In this document: positions 19,192 through 27,587 of the stretch, one piece after another
Position numbering within the stretch: the stretch's first letter is position 1
Layout: every line of letters starts with the position of its first letter
DNA from: an uncultured Bacilli bacterium
GTDB lineage: Bacteria; Bacillota_I; Bacilli_A; RF39; UBA660
Reading direction: 5' to 3'
Length of the DNA stretch: 64,000 nt
NCBI GenBank assembly: GCA_934183165.1
Contig: CAKPRZ010000005.1
Coordinates: 9,956 to 73,955 of the forward strand
Notes under the pieces: model-generated
Database searches by the model: none
What the model was told of the DNA's origin: nothing
The model's input: only the letters and a program-made list of their open reading frames with translations
Position numbers and translations under genes: made by a program

Positions 19192-20481
19192 TTAATTTAA
19201 GCTATATTTAACGTGCTTGTAATGAAGGAAAGTAACAATTAGTATATTTATACACATTCCAAGTAAAAATCCATATATACCCATAAAAGTGCATCCTAAT
19301 AGCATTATAATACTTCTTATTATTATTGCAATTGTGTTATCTGTCATTATATATTTTGCTTTATCTATCGATTGCAAGATTGAAGCAAGTGGCGCTTGAA
19401 TATAATAGAGTAGAAAAATAGGAGCAATTAGTCTTATATAAAAAGCACCTTCTTCAGTATTATAAATTAGTTTTAGAAAGAATATAGGATTTATGAATAA
19501 TACCATCGTTGATATTCCACCAATTAAAACAGATATAATTATTGCTTGTTTCAACTTTGATTTTACGTATGTTATATTCCTATTTACATATGCCTTTGAT
19601 ATTACGGGAATCAATGCACTACTTATTGCCATAGTAAAAAAACCAGGCATCAATAATAAAGGCATTACGTAACCTTCAACTATTCCATATTCTTTAATTA
19701 TTAAACTACTACTACAACTAGCTAACTTTGAAGCTGTTATTAAAATAATTGGTTCTATAAAATAGCCGATAGATCCTATTATTCTACCACCAGTTGTTGG
19801 TAAAGCAATACGTAATACATCTTTAACATTAGATGAACTTGGTTTAATATCCTTAGCTTTAATAGAAATTTTCTTTGGTAAGAAAAACATCAACATAAAT
19901 ATAGATGATAATTCACTTATAATATTAACTGAGACTAATCCAACAACTGCATTTACTAAACTTTTTGACATTATTTTAGGAATTAAGATAACAATCAATA
20001 TAAGTCTGATAATTTGTTCAAAAATATTCGAACATACATGAGGAAACATTTTTTGCTTTCCAAAAAAATAACCCCTTAATATACTTGATAAACTATCAAA
20101 TGGTAATACAAGTGCAATTGCTAAAATAGGGTAGTAGGTTCTTTCATCTTTTAATAAATGATTTGATAATATTGGTGCGGTTATGAGAATTACTAACATC
20201 AAAAATAAATTTAATAACATCGAAAAAGGAATTATAGAGAATACTACATTTTTGTTATTATGTTTTTCTTCAGCTACAAGTTTACTAATCGCAATTGGAA
20301 AACCTAATTGTGATAATGTCATAAATAGGGAAAACGTGGGGAAAATAAGCATATATAAACTAATACCATCTATACCTATTATCCTTGTAGTTATTATTCT
20401 TATAACCATCCCTAATACTTTAGTGATAGCTCCACCCATAATTAAAATAATTGTTGATATTAAAAATTTTTCTTTTTTCAT
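19192..20481 (-). CDS. MOP-superfamily flippase (SpoVB/MurJ-like polysaccharide biosynthesis protein)
   Basis: Polytopic. The N-terminus GGAITKVLGMVIRIITTRIIGIDGISLY...GFPIAISKLVAE is typical of the SpoVB-type family. Confidence 0.7.
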   Translation of the reverse strand: MKKEKFLISTIILIMGGAITKVLGMVIRIITTRIIGIDGISLYMLIFPTFSLFMTLSQLGFPIAISKLVAEEKHNNKNVVFSIIPFSMLLNLFLMLVILITAPILSNHLLKDERTYYPILAIALVLPFDSLSSILRGYFFGKQKMFPHVCSNIFEQIIRLILIVILIPKIMSKSLVNAVVGLVSVNIISELSSIFMLMFFLPKKISIKAKDIKPSSSNVKDVLRIALPTTGGRIIGSIGYFIEPIILITASKLASCSSSLIIKEYGIVEGYVMPLLLMPGFFTMAISSALIPVISKAYVNRNITYVKSKLKQAIIISVLIGGISTMVLFINPIFFLKLIYNTEEGAFYIRLIAPIFLLYYIQAPLASILQSIDKAKYIMTDNTIAIIIRSIIMLLGCTFMGIYGFLLGMCINILIVTFLHYKHVKYSLN

Positions 20482-20520
20482 TTCAACAAATTATATGTTT
20501 ATATTAAAAGATTATTAATA

Positions 20521-20547
20521 AAATAAAAAAACAATGATTACTCATTG
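20521..20547 (-). terminator. intrinsic terminator after the 30-aa peptide gene
   Basis: Minus-strand CAATGA-gtaa-TCATTG followed by TTTTTTTATTT. Confidence 0.55.
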
Positions 20548-20548
20548 A

Positions 20549-20641
20549 TTAAATAAAATATAATAAAATAGCTGCGACTGAAGATCCTACCATTGCCAAT
20601 AGAAGTATAATTGTAACTATTTTAATAACTGTCTTATTCAT
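20549..20641 (-). CDS. 30-aa hydrophobic peptide (single TM), not in ORF track
   Basis: Hand translation gives MNKTVIKIVTIILLLAMVGSSVAAILLYFI. GAGGTG SD upstream and a hairpin plus T-run immediately downstream. Confidence 0.45.
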   Translation of the reverse strand: MNKTVIKIVTIILLLAMVGSSVAAILLYFI

Positions 20642-20741
20642 AAAACACCTCAATGATAATTATATACGAAAAAAATCTAAAAGTAAAATATTTTATCATA
20701 ATTAACTTAAAAGTTAATAAACTTTATTGGGTGATATAGTA

Positions 20742-21383
20742 ATGAATAAAAAAATATATATAACAAAATATACAAAAGAATCTTTAAAATCTCAAAAGAA
20801 ATTTTATTTATTTTTATTTTCTTTAATGATAATAGGAATGATTGCTGGTATTTTATTCGTAGTTTTTTCTGACAAAGTTAATAAACAATCTATCATAACT
20901 AATACAACCACTTTCTTTTCAACTGTCAAATATAGTGTAAAAGTTAGTTATGGAAAATCACTTTTAAATTCAATATTAATTAATACAGGCTATACTTTTT
21001 TAATTTGGCTACTTGGTATTTCTATTATAGGAATTCCTATAATAATTGGTATTTTAGTATTTAAATGCTTTGTATTTGGTTTTTCTATTTCAAGTATTAT
21101 AGCTTCATATGGAATAAAAGGGATATTAGGTGCAATATGTTATAATTTTCCTCATCAAGTGATATTATTAATTGTTTACTTATTACTTAGCTTTTATGCA
21201 TTATCCTTTTGTTATAAATTATTTTGCTATTTGTTTTTGAGAAAAAATATAAATTTCAAAAGAGGAATGAAAAAGTATTTTAAAATACTGATAATATGCT
21301 TAATTATCAATATTATAGTTTCTCTTTATGAAGTCTTTTTATCTACATATTTCATGAAACTTTTTACTTTGTTAATTAAATAG
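20742..21383 (+). CDS. spoIIM: stage II sporulation protein M-like membrane protein
   Basis: SpoIIM/DUF95-like topology and an N-terminal 'KFYLFLFSLMIIGMIAGILF' segment. Start is ATG 20742 or TTG 20727. Confidence 0.65.
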   Translation: MNKKIYITKYTKESLKSQKKFYLFLFSLMIIGMIAGILFVVFSDKVNKQSIITNTTTFFSTVKYSVKVSYGKSLLNSILINTGYTFLIWLLGISIIGIPIIIGILVFKCFVFGFSISSIIASYGIKGILGAICYNFPHQVILLIVYLLLSFYALSFCYKLFCYLFLRKNINFKRGMKKYFKILIICLIINIIVSLYEVFLSTYFMKLFTLLIK

Positions 21384-21408
21384 TGTATAATTATTACAGG
21401 TGAAGTTT

Positions 21409-22515
21409 ATGAAAAAAGTAGTAATTGGAATGAGTGGGGGAGTAGACAGTAGTGTAGCTGCTATATTATTAAAACAAGCAGGATACGAGGTAATTGGTCT
21501 ATTTATGAGAAATTGGGATAGTTCAATTAATAATGATTATCTTGGAAATCCTAATTTAAATAATAATATATGCCCTCAGGAACAGGATTATAATGATGCA
21601 ATAGAGGTATGTAAAAAAATAAATATTCCACTACACCGAGTTGATTTTGTCAAAGAATATTGGGATGATGTATTTACATATTTTTTAGACGAATTAAAAA
21701 AGGGAAGAACACCAAACCCTGATATTATGTGCAATAAATACATAAAGTTTGCTGCCTTTGTAGAGGAAGCAAAGAAATTGGGCGCTTCTTATATTGCAAC
21801 TGGTCATTATGCTAAGATAAAAGATGGTAAACTTTATAAAAGTTTTGATAAAAATAAGGACCAAACATATTTCTTATCACAATTATCAAAGGAACAGCTT
21901 AATAATGTTTTATTTCCTTTGGGAGATATAGATAAAAAAGAAGTTAGAAAAATAGCACAGGAATATGAACTTGTCACAGCAACAAAAAAAGATTCTACAG
22001 GGATTTGCTTTATTGGTGAACGTAATTTCAAGGAATTTTTAAAAAATTATTTACCTAATATTCCAGGAAATATAATAAATATTGATACTAATGAAAAAGT
22101 TGGAGAACATATTGGACTTATGTATTATACTATAGGTCAAAGAAGAGGCTTAGATATTGGTGGTAATGATGAACGATTATTTGTAGTTGGTAAAAACTTA
22201 GAAAAAAATATTCTTTATGTGGCGCTTGGTGAAAATAATAAATATCTATATTCGAATAGTTGTATTATTGATAATATAAATTTCAATTGTGATTTGAGGC
22301 CTACTAAATGTAATGCGAAATTTAGGTATAGGGCTGATGACTATCCTGTTGAATTAGAATATATTAATGATAATGAAATTTTAGTTAAATATGATAATGT
22401 TAAATCTGTAACACCAGGTCAAGCTTGTGTATTTTATCTTGATGATCAATGTCTTGGTGGAGGAATAGTAAAAGAAGTTAGAAAAGATGACAAAAAATTG
22501 TGGTATTTATTGTAA
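21409..22515 (+). CDS. mnmA: tRNA 2-thiouridine(34) synthase MnmA
   Basis: PP-loop GMSGGVDSSVAA and conserved ICFIGE. Confidence 0.95.
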   Translation: MKKVVIGMSGGVDSSVAAILLKQAGYEVIGLFMRNWDSSINNDYLGNPNLNNNICPQEQDYNDAIEVCKKINIPLHRVDFVKEYWDDVFTYFLDELKKGRTPNPDIMCNKYIKFAAFVEEAKKLGASYIATGHYAKIKDGKLYKSFDKNKDQTYFLSQLSKEQLNNVLFPLGDIDKKEVRKIAQEYELVTATKKDSTGICFIGERNFKEFLKNYLPNIPGNIINIDTNEKVGEHIGLMYYTIGQRRGLDIGGNDERLFVVGKNLEKNILYVALGENNKYLYSNSCIIDNINFNCDLRPTKCNAKFRYRADDYPVELEYINDNEILVKYDNVKSVTPGQACVFYLDDQCLGGGIVKEVRKDDKKLWYLL

Positions 22516-22547
22516 AAATGAGTTAATAAATCTAATTATAAGTGTTG

Positions 22548-22592
22548 ATTTACAACGATTTGTTTGTAAATTTACACTTGTTTTTTGTAAAT
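22548..22592 (+). promoter_or_regulatory. tandem palindromic operator-like sites upstream of the HTH gene
   Basis: ATTTACAA-N8-TTGTAAAT (22548-22571) is followed by ATTTACAc-N7-TTGTAAAT (22570-22592), 44 nt before the ATG. Confidence 0.45.
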
Positions 22593-22635
22593 AAAAATGT
22601 TAAACTTGAGTTAGTATGAAGGGTAGGGTTAAAAT

Positions 22636-23403
22636 ATGAATAAGTTGAATACATTATTAAATGATTTGGGAATTTCAAAAGTTAGATTGGCTAAATATTT
22701 AGGAGTCTCAAGACAAATGTTATATAATTATTTGGCATTGGAGAATTTAAATGATTGGCCAAAAGAAAAATCTACTAGATTGTTTAGCTTATTAAATATA
22801 GATTCAGAAAAAGAAATAGATAAACTTAAAATAGATGGTAACTATATAGTAGAAGTCGAAGGTAGATTAAATGAAGGTGTAAAAGACACTTCAGAACATC
22901 AAGTATTAAATGATTTAAAAGGATTTAATAGAAAAGAGCAAGAAATTTTAACTGATATTATTAATATATTGAAAGAAAGATTATCTGAAGATACTACTAA
23001 AAGTACATATAATGCTTTTGTGTATTTATATCATTTCTTACAATCGATGGAAAATACTGAAGAGTTAAAATATATATTAGCATATATGTCTAAATCAATG
23101 GGATTTACAGAGCCAAATGAATTTTTATTCAATCCAGATAAGCAATTTATTTTTGAAAGTATATTATTTTCTGGAATGACAATATATAATAATGGAACCG
23201 CTTCAAAAATAAAATTGGCTGAATCACATAAACGTTTTGTACAAGATATTGAACATAAGAAAGAAGAAAAATTAAGTCGTACTCAAGAATTAAATACTGC
23301 TAAAGTACAGGCTCTAAGAGAACTTGGATATAATGAAATTAATGAAAGCAATGCTAAAGAAGTATTAGAAAAAATAGCAGAGATTCAATCTAGAAAAGTA
23401 TAA
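22636..23403 (+). CDS. XRE-type HTH protein with uncharacterised C-terminal domain
   Basis: N-terminal ISKVRLAKYLGVSRQMLYNYL helix-turn-helix. I do not recognise the remainder. Confidence 0.65.
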   Translation: MNKLNTLLNDLGISKVRLAKYLGVSRQMLYNYLALENLNDWPKEKSTRLFSLLNIDSEKEIDKLKIDGNYIVEVEGRLNEGVKDTSEHQVLNDLKGFNRKEQEILTDIINILKERLSEDTTKSTYNAFVYLYHFLQSMENTEELKYILAYMSKSMGFTEPNEFLFNPDKQFIFESILFSGMTIYNNGTASKIKLAESHKRFVQDIEHKKEEKLSRTQELNTAKVQALRELGYNEINESNAKEVLEKIAEIQSRKV

Positions 23404-23418
23404 ATCATATTGAAAATG

Positions 23419-23440
23419 GTGGCAGGAATGCCACTATTTT
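23419..23440 (+). terminator. intrinsic terminator after HTH gene
   Basis: GTGGCA-ggaa-TGCCAC followed by TATTTT. Confidence 0.55.
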
Positions 23441-23851
23441 AATCACCTTTTAACTTCCGATAATTGATATTATGTTGCCTTTTTTAAATTGTAATAAACA
23501 AATACCGCTTTTATTTGTCTAAAATCATATACTATTATCAATATCAAATATAAATGCGTTATACTAACTCTATAATGTGTAACAAAACTATCTTATATTA
23601 TAATTATCATAGTATTAAATACTTTTTATTGAATCATTAAATTATTATTTATTAAATATATTTTTCCATCTATAACTAATCCATACTAATACTATATTAA
23701 AAATAAGATTTCAATTTGTTTTAAACATGTGCATTTAGATGATTAATTATATTACTTTTAATATGTCGATGCAAAATATATCTCTTATTTTATTTAAATT
23801 TATGTATAAATTCACCCTATTTTGTAAATAATTTATAGTAGGGAGGCCATT

Positions 23852-24058
23852 ATGAGTAAAAAGGAAAAGAACGTTAAAACAAATATTAAATGTGATGTTA
23901 ATTCATGTCTTCATAATAATTGTGATGACAATTGCTGTACACTAGATGAAATAAAAGTTAGCTGTGATTGCAATAGTGATAGTGCAACTGAAAAAAAAGA
24001 AACTGCATGTGAAAGTTTCAAGTGTAATTGCGACAAAGCTCAATCTGACAAAGAATAA
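23852..24058 (+). CDS. DUF1540-like cysteine-rich small protein
   Basis: KCDVNSCLHNNCDDNCCTLDEIKV and ETACESFKCNC match the DUF1540 C.V..C..N...C pattern. GGGAGG SD. Confidence 0.65.
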   Translation: MSKKEKNVKTNIKCDVNSCLHNNCDDNCCTLDEIKVSCDCNSDSATEKKETACESFKCNCDKAQSDKE

Positions 24059-24072
24059 TTCTAGGTTAGATT

Positions 24073-24103
24073 AAAAAAGAGTAGGAATCCCCTACTCTTT
24101 TTT
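24073..24103. terminator. bidirectional intrinsic terminator
   Basis: AAAGAGTAGG-aatcc-CCTACTCTTT flanked by A-runs and T-runs, between convergent DUF1540 and deoB. Confidence 0.8.
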
Positions 24104-24110
24104 CTATAAA

Positions 24111-25283
24111 TTATTTTAACTTATCAAGAAAGCTTTTTCCTATACCAGGATTGATTACTTCAAAATTATCTGCAATAGTAGCACCTATATCACCCATAGT
24201 ATCAAGAATATCTAATTTGCCTGGCATTTTAAACATACGATTATATATTAATACGGGTACATTCTCTCGGGTGTGATCGCTTCCTAAAGTTGGATCATTA
24301 CCATGATCAGCAGTTATTATTAATAAATCATCATCTGCTAATTTATTTAATATTAATGGCATTTCAACATCTAATTCTTCAATTGATTTTGCATATCCTT
24401 CGACATCTTGATTGTGACCATATAATTGATCAAAATCGTTAAGATTAACCATACATAGTCCAGTAAAGTTCTTTTCCATTATATCCATTAATTTATTTAT
24501 TGTTTCACCATTTCCTTTATTGGATTTTACTACCTTTGTAATACCTTCTCCATTAAAAATATCATTTACTTTTCCTATTGATATGACACTAAAACCCTTA
24601 TCTTTTAATGAATTCAATGTGCTTCGTGCTGGAGGAGTAAGAGTATACTCAAATTTTTCACTAGTAAATCTATATTTTCCATTTTTGCCTGTAAATGATT
24701 TTCCAATTATTCTTGCTATTTTATAACCATACTTTATAGTTATTTTTCTTATTATTTGACAATATTCATTAAGTTTAGCAACTGGGATTATATCTTCATG
24801 AGCAGCTATTTGTAGTGTTGAATTATATGAAGTAAACAAAATCAAAGATCCATATTGAACATGTCTATCACCAAGTTCTTTTAATATGTCTGTTCCATCA
24901 TTTGAAGTTACTTTGTTTCCGATTACTCTTTTTTTAATACTTGCTTCAATTCTATCAATTAATTCCGTAGGGAATCCTTTTTCTGTATAGATTTGAAATG
25001 GCTCATAATTCTCTATTCCAACTATTTCATAGTGTCCAATCAGACTATCTTTACCTGCATTTTTAGGTCTTGCTATTGTATAATATGAATCAACATTTTC
25101 ATTATCGCTCATATTAATTGTATTAAAGATTCCTAATTTTTCTAAATTTGGTATAAACAATGGATGATTATCATTAATATTTTTTAATGTGTTTGCTCCT
25201 ACATCACCATAGTTTTTTGCATCAATTGCCTCACCTACTCCAAGGGAATCTAGTACCATCAAAAAAACTCTTTTAAATCTCAT
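24111..25283 (-). CDS. deoB: phosphopentomutase
   Basis: N-terminal VLDSLGVGE and TADHGNDPT metal-binding motifs. Confidence 0.9.
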   Translation of the reverse strand: MRFKRVFLMVLDSLGVGEAIDAKNYGDVGANTLKNINDNHPLFIPNLEKLGIFNTINMSDNENVDSYYTIARPKNAGKDSLIGHYEIVGIENYEPFQIYTEKGFPTELIDRIEASIKKRVIGNKVTSNDGTDILKELGDRHVQYGSLILFTSYNSTLQIAAHEDIIPVAKLNEYCQIIRKITIKYGYKIARIIGKSFTGKNGKYRFTSEKFEYTLTPPARSTLNSLKDKGFSVISIGKVNDIFNGEGITKVVKSNKGNGETINKLMDIMEKNFTGLCMVNLNDFDQLYGHNQDVEGYAKSIEELDVEMPLILNKLADDDLLIITADHGNDPTLGSDHTRENVPVLIYNRMFKMPGKLDILDTMGDIGATIADNFEVINPGIGKSFLDKLK

Positions 25284-25285
25284 AA

Positions 25286-26182
25286 TTAATTTTCCTCCTT
25301 ATGACTTCTTGGATGAAATTTATTGTAATCTTCTTTTATTCTATTGTTAGAAATATGAGTATATATTTTAGTTGTTGCAATATCACTGTGACCAAGTAAT
25401 TCTTGAATAGTTCTTAAATCTGCTCCATATTCTAGCATATGCGTTGCAAAACTGTGTCTTAGTGTATGTGGTGATACATCAACATTAATATTTTTTTCTT
25501 TAAGTAATCTTTTGATTATTTTAAAAAAACTAAATCTACTTAATTTGCTACCTAAATTGTTTAAAAACAAATACTCACATCTTTTTTTATTATATAGCTT
25601 TGGTCTATATTTCAAATATTCATTTAAATAAAATAGGACATATTCTCCAATTGGTACAATTCTTTCCTTATTGCCCTTACCAATACATCTTATTACACAA
25701 TTTTCCATATCAATATCAGATAACTTTAAATTAAGTAATTCACTAATTCTAAGGCCAGTACCATATAGTAATTCTAACATAGCTTTATTACGATAGTCAA
25801 ATACTGTATTACAACTAATATCAAGTAATTTATCTACTTGTTCAACACTTATCACTTTTGGTAAGGTTTTTCGTAATTTTGGTCTTTCAATTGATTCTGC
25901 TACATTAGTTTTAATCAATTGTCTTTGATATAAATAATTATGAAAGTTTTTAATCGTAGTTAATTTTCTAGCAATAGATGTTATACTATATTCTTTATGA
26001 CTTAACACTTTTAAATATTCTTCAATATCTTTTTTTTTAATATTTTCAATCTTATAAATATGTTGATCTTCTAGAAAAAGAACATACTTTTGCAAATCAT
26101 TTTGATAAGACATAATAGTATTATTACTTAAGTGCTTTTCAAATTTTACAAAGTTTATGTAATCATCTATTTTTTCATTCAT
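25286..26182 (-). CDS. xerD: tyrosine recombinase XerD-like
   Basis: SAM-like N-domain. Catalytic region HTLRHSFATHML...LLGHSDIATTKIYTH. Confidence 0.8.
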   Translation of the reverse strand: MNEKIDDYINFVKFEKHLSNNTIMSYQNDLQKYVLFLEDQHIYKIENIKKKDIEEYLKVLSHKEYSITSIARKLTTIKNFHNYLYQRQLIKTNVAESIERPKLRKTLPKVISVEQVDKLLDISCNTVFDYRNKAMLELLYGTGLRISELLNLKLSDIDMENCVIRCIGKGNKERIVPIGEYVLFYLNEYLKYRPKLYNKKRCEYLFLNNLGSKLSRFSFFKIIKRLLKEKNINVDVSPHTLRHSFATHMLEYGADLRTIQELLGHSDIATTKIYTHISNNRIKEDYNKFHPRSHKEEN

Positions 26183-26282
26183 ATTATCACTTCTCTACTA
26201 TTGGTAGTATATCACAAAAATCATATAAATAATAGACTACTACCTTTTATTTATGCTAAAATAAAGAAAAGGTCGTGATATT

Positions 26283-27500
26283 GTGGATAAACCTCTAGCA
26301 CTTAAATTAGCTCCTAAATCATTAAAAGAAGTATACGGTCAAAAACATTTAATTGGAAAAGGAAAAATTCTTTATAATATGATTCAAAACAAAAAACTTT
26401 TCTCAATGATTTTATATGGTAAACCAGGTATTGGTAAAACTTCTATTGCTAATGCCATGGTTAATGAATTAGGATTAAGATACAGATTTTTAAATGCCAC
26501 TATTAATACAAAAAAAGACTTTGATATAGTTGTTGAAGAAGCAAAGATGTATGATGGAATTATTTTAATTATGGACGAAATACACAGACTTAACAAAGAT
26601 AAACAAGATTTACTTCTACCACAGTTAGAAAGTGGTTTAATTACATTAATTGGTATGACTACATCAAATCCTTACCATGCCATTAATCCAGCAATTAGGA
26701 GTAGATGTCAACTTTTCGAACTAGAGCCACTTAATACTAACGACATTAAACAGGCGTTAAATGCCGCTATTAAAACACCATATTTAAATGGGATTAAAAT
26801 TGATGAATCAGTAATTAATTATATAGCCGAATTATCTGGCAGTGATTTAAGATATGCATATAATTTGCTAGAAATAGCCTATTTTACTAGTGATTCTAAA
26901 ATCATTACATTAGATCATGTAAAAAAAATAAATAGTAAACCCGTGTTCTTTCATGATAAAAATGGAGATGGACATTATGATGTTTTAAGTGCCTTTCAAA
27001 AGTCAATTAGAGGAAGTGATGTTGATGCTTCGCTTCATTATTTAGCTAGGTTAATCGAAGCTGGTGATTTAGATAGTATTTATAGAAGATTAAGTGTAAT
27101 AGCCTATGAAGACATTGGCCTTGCTAATCCTAGTATTGGTCCTAGATTAAAAGCCGCGATTGATGCATCAGAATTAGTTGGATTACCAGAGGCTAGAATA
27201 CCTTTAGGGACAATAGTTGTAGAAATGGCTCTATCACCAAAATCTAACACTGCTCATTTTGCCCTTGATAAGGCTTTAGAAGATGTAAAAACAGGTCGTA
27301 GTGGAAACGTTCCCAATCATATTAAAACTTCATCTACAGATTATAAATATCCTCATGACTATCCTGGCAATTATGTTGTACAACAATATTTACCAGACAA
27401 TCTTAAGAATAAAAAATATTATATACCTAAAACAGTCGGTTATGAAGCAACAATCAAAAAGATATATGACAAAATAGAAAAAATTAAAAAAGAAAAATAG
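26283..27500 (+). CDS. rarA: replication-associated recombination protein A (MgsA/RarA)
   Basis: PLALKLAPKSL..GQ N-terminus, GKPGIGKTS P-loop and an MgsA C-terminal region (SIRGSDVDASLHYLARL). Confidence 0.9.
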   Translation: MDKPLALKLAPKSLKEVYGQKHLIGKGKILYNMIQNKKLFSMILYGKPGIGKTSIANAMVNELGLRYRFLNATINTKKDFDIVVEEAKMYDGIILIMDEIHRLNKDKQDLLLPQLESGLITLIGMTTSNPYHAINPAIRSRCQLFELEPLNTNDIKQALNAAIKTPYLNGIKIDESVINYIAELSGSDLRYAYNLLEIAYFTSDSKIITLDHVKKINSKPVFFHDKNGDGHYDVLSAFQKSIRGSDVDASLHYLARLIEAGDLDSIYRRLSVIAYEDIGLANPSIGPRLKAAIDASELVGLPEARIPLGTIVVEMALSPKSNTAHFALDKALEDVKTGRSGNVPNHIKTSSTDYKYPHDYPGNYVVQQYLPDNLKNKKYYIPKTVGYEATIKKIYDKIEKIKKEK

Positions 27501-27503
27501 AAT

Positions 27504-27526
27504 GACTTTTTATTAAAGTCTTTTTT
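27504..27526 (+). terminator. intrinsic terminator after rarA
   Basis: GACTTT-ttatt-AAAGTC followed by TTTTTT. Confidence 0.6.
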
Positions 27527-27542
27527 AATTATCTTAATACAC

Positions 27543-27580
27543 AAAAAAGTCTATAAAGAAACAAACTTTCTTTATAGGCT
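27543..27580 (-). terminator. intrinsic terminator after adhesin gene
   Basis: Stem of 11-14 bp, CTATAAAGAAA/TTTCTTTATAG, with a 6-T run on the minus strand. Confidence 0.75.
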
Positions 27581-27587
27581 TAATTTA

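Noticed and set aside
20183-20518. 111-aa plus-strand ORF over the 5' end of the flippase gene
   Set aside because: It is antisense to a well-supported polytopic MOP-family gene and has no SD. Its hydrophobicity simply mirrors the TM codons on the other strand.
23822-23829. TTGTAAAT upstream of the DUF1540 gene as evidence that it belongs to the regulon of the neighbouring HTH protein
   Set aside because: It is a single 8-mer half-site without its inverted partner. In DNA this AT-rich, such an 8-mer is expected several times per 64 kb by chance.
25286-26182. Tyrosine recombinase as a marker of a prophage or integrative element
   Set aside because: It has XerD-like N and C domains and sits tightly between deoB and rarA. 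There are no phage or mobile genes, no tRNA and no flanking direct repeats that I could see.
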